From Podospora anserina (lineage: Eukaryota), in assembly GCA_017654855.1 (NCBI GenBank), contig CM030335.1, forward strand, positions 1,116,001 through 1,180,000: a stretch of 64,000 bases of DNA, given 5' to 3'. The notes under the pieces were generated by a model. The model ran no database searches, was not told where the DNA came from, and saw only the letters and a list, made by a program, of their open reading frames with translations. Position numbers and translations under genes: made by a program. Below are positions 38,365-48,723 of the stretch, piece after piece. Within the stretch, counting starts at the first letter, position 1; each line of letters opens with the position of its first letter.

Positions 38365-40284
38365 ATGTTTCGCTTTTGGTCCAACGACCCAAGGGGAAGC
38401 AACAAGGCAGTAGAAGAGGGTCACCTGCTATCAACGTGTCCCGGTTCTGCTGTGAATGCTCCCGGCGCATCCTCTGAGGAACCTCTCACACCCATCTCAC
38501 CCAAAAGGCGCCGACCGAGCTTTGTCGATACCACCGCCTGCCCAACAGCCAAGCGCATCAAGACGGCAGAGCATCCCGGTGGTCTGCCGTCGCCCACCTC
38601 GGCATGCGCCGATAACGAGGACAAGAACATGCTGCGCGGGTCCAGCAAGAGTTCCAACCTTGAGCGTGCCAAGGATGCGATCCAGTACCAGTTCGGGCTC
38701 GAGATCCTCCTCAAGCACGACGAGCTTCGACTCATCGACCAGGAGTTGGCCAAGTGCCAGATTGCGCTCGAGCAACTCCGCCGGTGTCACCTGATTCCCT
38801 ATCCTGTCCAATGTCCGACTCCCAGCCAGATGCTGGAGATTAGCAGCGGAAAGGGCCCTGTGCTTCAACCAAAAGCCGGTCAACCCGTACCCAAATGGGC
38901 GCCGCCTTTTGGTGTTGTCGACGGCCCTTATGCCCGTCATTATGCTAAGTGGCTTATCCCCGATCCCATGTTTGATGGCATTCAGCCCGAGACCCCCGGC
39001 CTTACAGAGACTGGCCGGGCCAGAAATGTCACGGCGGAAGGTAGGGCGACGAGGAACAGCATGTCGGATGCGGGCAGCTTTGGCAAGCAACGCCCTGCTC
39101 GTGGAAACGCAGGCCAGAGGCTCAATGCCCTATCCAGTGGATACCCTCCGGTCAAAGACAAGCAATCCCCGTGCACTGTCAAGCGTTCTGATGGCCTTAC
39201 GGTCAAGTTGGTGTGCATCGACTGCCACAGATGGGACTTTTCAAGCACCCAAGGCTTCATCAACCACTGCCGTATTGCTCACAGACGGGATTTCAAGAGC
39301 CACGAGGAAGCCGCTGTTCATTGTGGTCACCCTATCGAGGTTGATGACAGCGGAGTCATCGTTGCCGATGAGAACAAGGGCCCTGCGCCCACGCCCTCCG
39401 TTCCCTCTGGATTGATCCATCCCCTGGCCCGTAAGGAGTCTATTTCTGACCAGCAGGCTTACAAAAACATCCTTGCTCGCATCAACGCTTCGCTGGAGCT
39501 TTACCATGCCGGGAAGCTGCCCAATGTTAAGTGCATACCCCGTGCTCGCAAGCCGTCAGGGTCTAATGCCGCCGGGTCGTCCTCTGCTGGTTTCGTTGCT
39601 TCTTCCGATGCGCCTTATCTGTCCCAGCTGATGCAGAAGAAGAAGTTGAGTGGTAACCTGAAGGATGAGTTGAACGAGGCCAAGGTCAAGATGGATTGGG
39701 ATATGCTCTCTCCTGGCGAGGACTCTGATATGGATTTGTGTTCTGGATCGGATCGTGCTGCAACACCAAACAAGGTTTCCGGCTCAGTCGCGCGGACGCC
39801 TGCTGTTATGCGGATGCCGGCACGCTCTGCTGTGTCTCCCTCCCAGCCACCGGTTGTTCCCCGCCCCGCCAGTAGCAAGAGTCAGGCTTTGGCTGCCGCC
39901 GCTGGTGCTGATGCCGAACTTGATGCCGACTCGCCAGAGACCCCGAGCTATGATGATGAAATGGATGTGGAACTGAGCCCCAACACCATGGCCAGCAACA
40001 ATGCGCCTTCTTTGGTTAGTGACGATGGAGAATATGACGACTCGGACGATGCTGCTTCCGACAGTAGCGATGCCATGGAGATCGAGTCGGTCTCTGATGT
40101 CGCCGAGATCAACCTTGAGGAGGACGTGGATGTTCGTGACAGTGCTCCGCGGCCCATCCAACACTGCCGCAAAATAAACAACACAGACAAACTGAAAAAA
40201 GATGAGAACAGGCATGTGACCTTTGTCAGTCCAGGTCCTGTTCCCAAAGCCAACACCAAGGGGAGGCGGAAGCAAAAAATGTAG
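38365..40284 (+). CDS. AHC1: AHC1-like ADA histone acetyltransferase complex component with a C2H2 finger
   Basis: QFGLEILLKHDELRLIDQELAKCQIALEQLRRC coiled coil and CIDCHRWDFSSTQGFINHCRIAH. Alternative in-frame ATG at 38338. Confidence 0.75.
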   Translation: MFRFWSNDPRGSNKAVEEGHLLSTCPGSAVNAPGASSEEPLTPISPKRRRPSFVDTTACPTAKRIKTAEHPGGLPSPTSACADNEDKNMLRGSSKSSNLERAKDAIQYQFGLEILLKHDELRLIDQELAKCQIALEQLRRCHLIPYPVQCPTPSQMLEISSGKGPVLQPKAGQPVPKWAPPFGVVDGPYARHYAKWLIPDPMFDGIQPETPGLTETGRARNVTAEGRATRNSMSDAGSFGKQRPARGNAGQRLNALSSGYPPVKDKQSPCTVKRSDGLTVKLVCIDCHRWDFSSTQGFINHCRIAHRRDFKSHEEAAVHCGHPIEVDDSGVIVADENKGPAPTPSVPSGLIHPLARKESISDQQAYKNILARINASLELYHAGKLPNVKCIPRARKPSGSNAAGSSSAGFVASSDAPYLSQLMQKKKLSGNLKDELNEAKVKMDWDMLSPGEDSDMDLCSGSDRAATPNKVSGSVARTPAVMRMPARSAVSPSQPPVVPRPASSKSQALAAAAGADAELDADSPETPSYDDEMDVELSPNTMASNNAPSLVSDDGEYDDSDDAASDSSDAMEIESVSDVAEINLEEDVDVRDSAPRPIQHCRKINNTDKLKKDENRHVTFVSPGPVPKANTKGRRKQKM

Positions 40285-41443
40285 AATTATAATGGGTCAC
40301 CAACCGCTGGATGGATCTGACCACCGCGGCTAACGCTTCTTACCGCTCGACTTACACCTTATACGACACTTTAATGAATTTTTGTTTTGGAGCCCGGGAA
40401 TGGTTGTCACGGCGCAACCTTCACCATGCTCTCTTGGATTTTTTCTTACGCCAACCTTTACCCTCCTCAAAAACGAATACAACAAATGGGGGTTCTTCAG
40501 CACTTATAGTCTTTTTTGGTATCGACGATGGGAAGACGGTTCTGATTCTATTTTATGTATGAGCGGGCGCATGGGGATGCTTTATTGTTTTTTTTATGGC
40601 AACGGTGGCGGCTGTTTTTATTTTTGGTTTAGGGGGTTAACGGCGGGCCAAGAAGTACGATATCCGGTGTTCATCTTTGTATCTTTCTTCTTCCTCGGAC
40701 ACGGAGGGGAGCGGATCGGGGTGGCAAGTTTTTGTTTTATACTGGCGAGTTTGGCTGTCGAAAGATTTTTCCTCTGCCTGGCGAAAAAAAAGACCGAAGA
40801 GCTGGGAGGAAAGATGACGAGGTTGGGAGGAGCGGGATAAAACAAAATGGTTAGCTAACCTTGCGGTCAAGACTGGGTTGACTGAGAAAGACAAATGGTT
40901 TCTCTTCATTTTTGCTGTGTTGTTCTGTGTGTCGTGCGTGTTGTTTCTGTCTAAGTCAGTGAAGTTTGCAAATGTGTGTTGATGTAGTTCAGTGAGAGAT
41001 AATCACTGGTTGCTATGTTATATCGGCAAGCTTTACGAGCATTTCGTGAAGAAGGTAATGTTTCATAGCATAAAACTGCCGGCCAAGTATAGATAGCTTC
41101 TAACAACTCATTGTCACCAGTGTCATCACCAAATGTTTACTCTTGCTCCATTCAAAACTACATAAACAAAATAAGTAGGCAGTGCCAGACTGACTCAACA
41201 CACTTCCAAACTCGCCCCCGAACTGCTTTCCCGCATAACATATTGCCATCAACCGAGCGCAAGTATCAATCTAGCTAATTGGATGATGAGGAACAGCCTC
41301 TGTGGTTTGAGCGGAGTGGTGGTCTGGTGAACATGCCGATGACCGTCAAAGTCCAGATACCCTCGAACCACCATCCACCATAGATGGGTTAGGTGACATC
41401 CCCCACCGCTCTAGCTGCTCGCGAACACGATCAAGACCCCGGT

Positions 41444-44007
41444 CTACCACGGGCACCGGAGACACAATGGATGGGGATGGCCTGTACTGAGCGTGGGGAT
41501 GTTGGTTGTAGTTTGGTTCGAGGATGGAGCAGTCTGTGAAATCCGATGATGGAGATTGGGAGTGGCATCGCAGGGGGAATACTCCTGAGAGCGATAAGGT
41601 GTTGTGTTGGAGGGCATATCTGTTGGGACGCGAGGGCGTTGGTAAGTAAACAGAGTCTGGCGGGGAGGAAGTACTTCATGCTGCTCCGAGTCGGGGATGA
41701 TGTGTCTTTTCAGTCTTGTATGAATAAACTGTTCCTGCCCTTTTTGCATGTGATTTTCGACCCTACGGTCCCGGTCCTTCTTTTTCAGTTCCTCTTCTTT
41801 GGCATGTTCAGCCCATTCTCTCTCGTTGGCTGCTCGGGCCAGTGCATCTCTTTCTGCTCTTGTGAAAGGAGGTTCTGGCTCCGGGGTTGCGTATTCCTGT
41901 TTACGGTATGTCTGCTCTGGCTGTTGGTCGTCCTGTGGGTGGTATTGTTGTTGCTGCTGCTGTTGCCGTTGCTCTCGTTCTTGCTGTTTCTCTCTTCGTT
42001 TGCTCCCGCTCTTTTTGCCGTTGCTCTTGGTCTTGTTGCTCTTGCTCTTGTTGTCCCCGCTGCTGCTGTTGTTGTTGGTCGTACACCCACTTCGATCTCG
42101 ATGGCATTTCTGTTCTCTGCTGCCGTTGACGCACTTTCTCTCTCAAAGCCCGCTCACTTAGTGGGAGTGGTGTATTTCGAATTCGGTCCCTAAGATGCGC
42201 CTCTTTGAACGCGACCTGCTCCTCGTGCAACTGATTTTTTGGAACTGATGCGGCTCTTTCTTCTGCTTCTCTCCGCCGTCGACTTTTTGACCTTTTTCTT
42301 CTGCCCATTGATGCTTCTCGGCTACCTCGTGATGTGTTACGTCGTCGACTTTGTGTCCTCTCTCGGCTATCTTGAGGGGCTTCTCGTGCCTGATTTTCCC
42401 GTCTGATTCGTGAGGGTTCCCGTCTTCGTGATGGGTCTCGCCGTTCACTTCTTGACCTGTCCCAACGTGACGGTGGATCTTGCCACGGTTGACGTCTAGG
42501 GTCTTGCTGCGGTCGACTTCTCGCTCTTTCTCGTCGTAGGTCTTGTCTGCGCTTCTTGATCTTGTGCGTGGTGGTGTTCCAAACTCTTCGTGCCGTTGGC
42601 CGTCTTGGTCAACCCGTCATTTGCTTCTTGATCTTCTCTGCTGTGGCATTCCGGGTTCTCCAGGTGGTGGCCTCGCCGGTTGGTTCCGGCGTGCATGTTG
42701 GTTTTGCTCTCCTGCCCACCCTCTCATCCATTAATGCCAACACTGACACCACTACCTCTTCAAACAGCAAACTGTATGCCCTCAACATTATCTAACGCCC
42801 CGTCAACGAACCAACCACAGACACCCCAGGCGACACCTACCACTCCGCCATCCTTCCCCCAAGACCCGTACGTCTCGCAGCTTGCACCGGAACAGGGGCC
42901 ATCAGCGGCGCTGTGTTGTAGCCGATCTTAGCTCCCGACTCTGAGAACGATAGGTCGTTATAGCGAACCAGGGGGTCAAGATGTCGTGGTATTAAAACAG
43001 GGCGTTCCGAAAAGTCGGATGTGGCAACCCCAGGAACATATGGCGAAGAAGGAGTATGAGAGAGTAAGGGAGGGAAGTCCTGCGCAGCTTACGGAGGTAT
43101 TCTCTGCCTCGTCCGCTTCTGCGCGTTGTTCCATTCTTTGGATGTGGGCTTTTCTTTTGGCTTCCTCTGCGGCGAGGAAATTGTCGGGGGATTGTGGCTT
43201 TTCTGGCTGGGGAGGGGGGCTGGCTTTGCTGGATAGGTAGGTTGGGGTTGGGGTTGGGGGTTGGAGTTTTGTAGTCGTGGATCGCTTCCTCCTCGTATTC
43301 CTCTTCTTGTTGCCAACGCTGTTCTTCCAGGACACGGTGCTTGGACCTTCATCGATGGTGATTGTCAACATGGCTTCGTGATGATGCCGGTCTGCTCGGG
43401 CTGGTAATAACCCGACCAAATTGAACGCCTCGTTTCGTAGCACCCCTTTTTTCTGCCTGCTGCTCTCGCCGAACTTCTTCTTCTCGCCCTTTCTCTCGTC
43501 ATAGCTCTCGCGCTTCATCCTCCCGAAGTTCCCTCTCTCTGTCTTGTCGTTCCCGTTTCTCCCTTTCCCGCCTCCGAGATCTTGCCTCTTGTTGTTTTCG
43601 GTCCTCTCCTTCAAATCGTGACAATTCCGCTTCATGCCCAAGCCTTTCTTCCTCCCGTAGTTGACCATCCTTCTCTTTCCACTGTTTATATCCCTCCTCC
43701 TCCCGCCGCCGAAGTTCCTCCATCTTTCTAGCATCTCCGAGCAATATACCCCTCTAATTCTGCATCTCCTGACTCGGTGGTCCTGACGCGCTCGTGGTCA
43801 TCTCTATATCTCATATCAGGTGGTCCCCAGGCCCGTCGCACTCTCTCTTTTAGCTCTTCCAGCTCGCGCTTGTTGCGTGGCGTGCACCACTCTCCGCTGT
43901 TTGGTGGCGGAAGTTGGCAGGAGTGTCCTCGTGGGTTGACAAAGAATGAAACTTTACCAAACATTTTGTAGGCACTAGCGAGAACGGCTTCTTGCTCTTG
44001 GATACAT
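41444..44007 (-). pseudogene. Decayed gene(s) for Arg/Ser/Glu/Gln-rich low-complexity protein
   Basis: Protein-like RS/RE/Q tracts continue across several frameshifts and in-frame TGA stops (43499-43501, 43349-43351, 42617-42619). ATG 44007 (MYPRARSRSR) is in a caacATG context with TATATA ~200 bp upstream. Confidence 0.6.
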
Positions 44008-44853
44008 GTTGCTCGGGTGACAAAACGGGCGACGAGATGGATTATGTTGTAGTAGAGAGGTTGATATGCCCGCCGTAAAGGTCAATGAAGAATGGGAATG
44101 TTGGTGTGCTTGATAGGATGTTTCCCGAATGTTGTCTTCATAGTTGAGCGTTCGTCCATGAGGAGACACGTTCAGTTTCTAAAGGCACAAAAGGGCAGGG
44201 AGCACGGGATATATATGCTTGCAAGTCGCCATGGTATTAGATTGTGCCTTCAGGCCAGGTGAGCAAAAACCGCTCTACCAAGGTGCTTCGAGAGGTCAAG
44301 TGGCTCAACTGGGTGACAAATTCGAGTCTCAGATTTGCATCATTGACGAGAATGGGTTGGAAGAAAGAAAGCTCAGTTCTTGCATCTCAACATTAATGAT
44401 ACGGTATACTCATAGCACACACAAGAGGCAAAGTGAAAACACAACTTACCTGAGATGCAGGATGTGAACTGACACGCCTGTTCATCAAAGTACTAGGGAT
44501 ATATACCTTTTGATGTGGCTCCCCAGTTGTGGCATTGAACTGATTCATATATCTACCTCACATGGACAGACACAGTATTATCTATACATTTGCATGATTT
44601 GTCCCGCTACATGCCCAAGGCCTATCTTACTCCCCCCCTTTTCTTCTTAGCACTCCTTTCATTTAGGCCCGTTGCCTCAAATTTGCACACTCATTGCTCC
44701 ATATGCTACTCCTTGATCATTCCCTAATCGCCAAAACAGCAATGCATAGCCGCTCAGAAACTCGAGCAACCCTGAGAAGGAGAAACACAACGCAAGTAAC
44801 TCCACTCTTCCATCCCACATCCGCTATCCTACAACTCCCCAAGTGAAAACCCC

Positions 44854-47147
44854 TTAGTCAATCTCAATATCGATACCGAGATCCAGCGCCCCAATGATAT
44901 CATCATCCATCAACGGCGCATGCACCAGCGGCAACCCGTTCTTGGCCGTAGCCCGCTGCTGCTCCTGCAACTTGGCAATGTGAGGCAAGAGACCCCCGTT
45001 GCTGTTACCATTGGCAGCAGGTGTGTTGCTGCCGCTCTCCTTTTGAGAATCGCCCTCCTGGCTAGCCTTATCCGCCGCGGCGACGTTCTTCTTGGGGATG
45101 ATGGTACGGGATCTCTCCTTGATCTGGGCCTTGCGCACCTCCTCGGCATTGCGGCGACGGTTCTCGGCGTTCAAAAGAGCAAGCTTCTCCTGCTGGGTCA
45201 AACCCTTGCCCTCGGGCCTCTTCTTGTCAGCGGAAGTGAGCGACGTTCTAAATGCTAGCTTCGGCGTGCTGAGGTCCTCGAGCTTCTTCTGGAGGCTGTC
45301 AACAGCGTCTTCATCACCGCGAGCACGGGCGGCCTCGAGCTGGCGGGTGAGGTTGTCACGCTCAGTGCTGCTGAACTTCTGCATGAGGCTGTTTTGACGC
45401 TTGAGCTTCTCGGCAATCTCCTGCTCAGTCCACTTGTGACGGACGAGGCCGTTAATGTCGCTAATCTTGTTGACCAGCTGGGTCTTAGTGGGTACGGAGA
45501 TGCCCGCCTGCAGGCAAACTTGCTTGTAGCGATTCCACTCGCTCTGAATTGACGGTTAACACTCTCGAACCGCAAACATAATCAGGAAAATACATACCTC
45601 GGTGAAGTTTCGGTCTGAGCAGCTGATGAATGGCCACTCTCTTACAGCATCTCCATGGGCAACCTTAACATACAAATCGACGACCATCTGATGCCCAGAG
45701 CTGTCAGGCATCGCATAAGGTCTACCGGTGTTGAACCCTGAGTATGGTCAGTCAGACTGTCAGAATACCCTGCGTGGGCGATGTGACATACCCTTAATGA
45801 TAGCCATACGGTAGACATCTTGGCGAGTAGTCTGATCAGGACCAATATTGATGCGCACAAAGCACCCTGTGATGGCCCGCTCGAAGCCAGGGTAAAAACA
45901 AACCTCGGCGAAGCGGCTGCGGCCAACACGGACACGCTCAACATCGCGAAGATCAGCCGGCAGGATCTCCTTCTCGGGCGTTCTAGACTTTTGTCGAGAG
46001 CTTCTGCGCCAGTCGCCCGCGTCGCTATCACGGTCGTCGTGGCTGCGGCTTCGGTCTCTGTAGGAAGGAGAGCGTTGCTTGCGGCGATCCATGTCCCGCT
46101 CTCTCTGCTCTCTGCGGCTGGTGCGTTCCTCGCGAGCACGACGCAACGTATCCATCTTCTCGCTAATCTCGCCAGCCTTGGTGCGGGCACGGGATGGCTT
46201 CCGCAGCTCATCTTCGAGGTCGGCGGCGCTCGCCTTGCGCTTCTTGCTGTCCTTCTCCTGGTTGACCTTGAGCTGTCGCAGCATCCTATTCTGTCGAATT
46301 CGCTCATTCTCCTCTCTTCGTTCAGCAAGAATCTGTTCTCTCTCGATCTCACGCATGCCCATGATGCGGGCCTTCTCCTCTTGACTCTTGAACAGACCCT
46401 CAACGGGGTACTGGATGGCATCGTCATCTCCACCGCGAGCTTGGGTCGGGGCCGCGTCGGAGTCGGAGTCGGAATCGTCCATGGAAGCTGAGCCTTGTGA
46501 GCCTGGAGAGGCGGGAGGCGAGCTGCGCGGGGCCATTCTGGTTAGTATTCGTCTGGTGAGCGCCATTGTGGACGATGCTTGGGTGATGGTGAGATTTGTG
46601 GTGAGAAAGTAAAGCCGAAGAGTGAAAGTGTGAGCAACAGAAGCCTGGGGAGGTTCTGCAAAATAAATTAAAAGTGGGAAAGTAGCAGAGCGGTAGATGG
46701 TAAAACAGGTGAGGGAGGGGGAGGTGGAGGGGGAGGGAAGGTAAGCTGGCAGTGTTGCGACCTGAACTTGGAGGTCGCAAGAGTCGCAAGAGTCGCTCAA
46801 GCGACTTTCCAACCCCCTCGAACGTGGGCGACCACTTGGAAGCCCCTTGGAGTCGCAGGTCGCTATCCATACACAACAACACACTAGGGGACAACTCACG
46901 CCTCTCCTTCATCCTCCGACTCGTCATCGCTCCTACTACGTCTTCTCGTCTTCTTTGCAGGCGTCCTCTTCACAGCTACACCTCTGGTAGTCGCATCAGT
47001 CTTCTTGGAAGATGCAGGGGCTGGTGATGTCGTGCGCGACCTGTCGCCACGGCTTTTGTTTCTGGGCTCATCGTCTTCGGAGTCGGAGTACTCATCTCCT
47101 CCGGCAAGCGCAAGGAGCTCATCATCAAGCGACTCGGCGTCAGACAT
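44854..47147 (-). CDS. RTF1: Paf1-complex subunit Rtf1 (Plus3 domain); exons 47147-46900, 46522-45792, 45737-45598, 45543-44854
   Basis: LDDELLALAG, YPVEGLF..IMGMREIEREQILAER, and Plus3 segment FYPGFERAITGCFVRINIG..YRMAIIKG..WPFISCSDRNFTESEW. Confidence 0.93.
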
Positions 47148-47606
47148 TGTAATTCCTTTCTCTCGAGGATATATCTATCGATCGTTTGGCGGTCGGACTC
47201 GACGACGCGATGGGAAGACGCGGTTCGGGAACGAGTGTCAGTTTACGCGAACGTTATCAGTCGCCAGATGGTTCTCGGTGGTGTTCGTGACGGCCGAAGG
47301 ATGTGACAGTAACAGCAATGAATGCGCAAACAATCGGGGGGCGCAAAGTTGGCTCTTCTGCGACAGGAATTATTCGAGGTTTACTTTTAATCTGTCGAGT
47401 GACGTTCCAAAGCCTCCCCCAAAAGTCACAGCAGTTGTCAATTGGTCCCGTCGGCTTGGCAGGCAACTGGCAGGGATTGCTCGAGCCGCAGCCGGGAAAG
47501 GCTTGGCAACAGTGGGTCCCAAAGCATCATCAGTCTCCCACTTTCATCGAAGCTTCCCCTTGGCCCAGTCGTCGAGGTTCACAAGCAACAAACACCACAC
47601 TTCACC

Positions 47607-48335
47607 ATGGCCTCTCCCAGACGCCTCCTCCGAACAGCCCGCCAACTCACCTCAATCAAAACCCCCTTACTCACCTCCCAATTCCCCCGCCATGTCTCAA
47701 CCACACCCTCCCCACCATCACCATCACCACCATCACCACCCCTACCACCCAAAAACCTCAAACCCCTGACAGAATCTCAGCGGGAAATGCTCTCCTCCTT
47801 CCTCCGCGTCAACCAAGCCGGCGAGCTAGCCGCCACCCTCATCTACACAGCCCAAACGCCCCCCATCCTCGCCCGCGAGCCCCACCTCCGCCCCCTGATG
47901 AAGCACATGTACGACCAAGAAGCCGACCACCTCCGCGTCTTCAACTCCCTCATCGCCAAACACCGCGTCCGCCCAACAGCCCTCTACCCCCTCTGGTCCG
48001 TCCTCGCGACCGGACTAGGCTGGTCCACCGCCGTCATGGGCAAAGAAGCCGCCATGGCCTGCACCGAAGCCGTCGAGACTGAAATCGGGGGCCATTACAA
48101 CGCGCAGATTCGGGAGCTCCTCAAGATGGTCAGCGAGTGGGAGGCGGAGGGGTATGATGTCGGCGAGGAATTCACCGAGTTGATCAGCACGCTGAGGAGG
48201 ATACGGGACGAGGAGCTGGAGCATTTGGACCACGCGGTCGAGCATGACGCGCAAAAGGCGGAGCCGCACTGGCTCCTGACCGGAGTCATCAGAGCGGGGT
48301 GTAGGGGGGCTATCTGGGTTAGTGAACGGGTGTAA
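47607..48335 (+). CDS. COQ7: 5-demethoxyubiquinone hydroxylase (di-iron), mitochondrial
   Basis: LRVNQAGELAATLIY, EADH, AAMACTEAVETEIGGHYN and RDEELEH. Arg-rich presequence MASPRRLLRTARQL. Confidence 0.95.
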   Translation: MASPRRLLRTARQLTSIKTPLLTSQFPRHVSTTPSPPSPSPPSPPLPPKNLKPLTESQREMLSSFLRVNQAGELAATLIYTAQTPPILAREPHLRPLMKHMYDQEADHLRVFNSLIAKHRVRPTALYPLWSVLATGLGWSTAVMGKEAAMACTEAVETEIGGHYNAQIRELLKMVSEWEAEGYDVGEEFTELISTLRRIRDEELEHLDHAVEHDAQKAEPHWLLTGVIRAGCRGAIWVSERV

Positions 48336-48723
48336 GAGTGTACCATATGTGTGACGGGTTGAATCTGTATATCTTGTACGAGTAGAACAACTGGGAAGGG
48401 AGAGAAGACCAGCTTCAGCAGAAGAAAACATCTTGTACATTAAAAAAGTTGGCTATCAAAATTGGGTTTGGCAACACCCAAAAAAACAAAATAAGAAAAG
48501 AAACAGTAAAAGAAGTTTTAAAAAAAAGGTAATAAGAATCAAGAAAGAATGCCCCAATGCACAAACCCCTATACATGTTCCACCAGGCGCCTGCCTCACC
48601 CCCCAACGCCAACGCAATGATGCCACACTCCTCCAGGGGGAATCTTCACCATCATAAACACCTCCTTATGATCCCTTCTAACGCTGGACTCCAACAGACC
48701 AGCTCTTTCAGCAATATAAACAC

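Noticed and set aside
41546-42193. 215-aa hydrophobic membrane-protein-like ORF on the plus strand
   Set aside because: It is the reverse complement of the CAA/CAG/GAG-rich pseudogene; the hydrophobicity is an artefact.
43975-43977. TAG as an A-to-I-corrected premature stop
   Set aside because: Read-through meets TAA six codons later, and downstream frameshifts remain.
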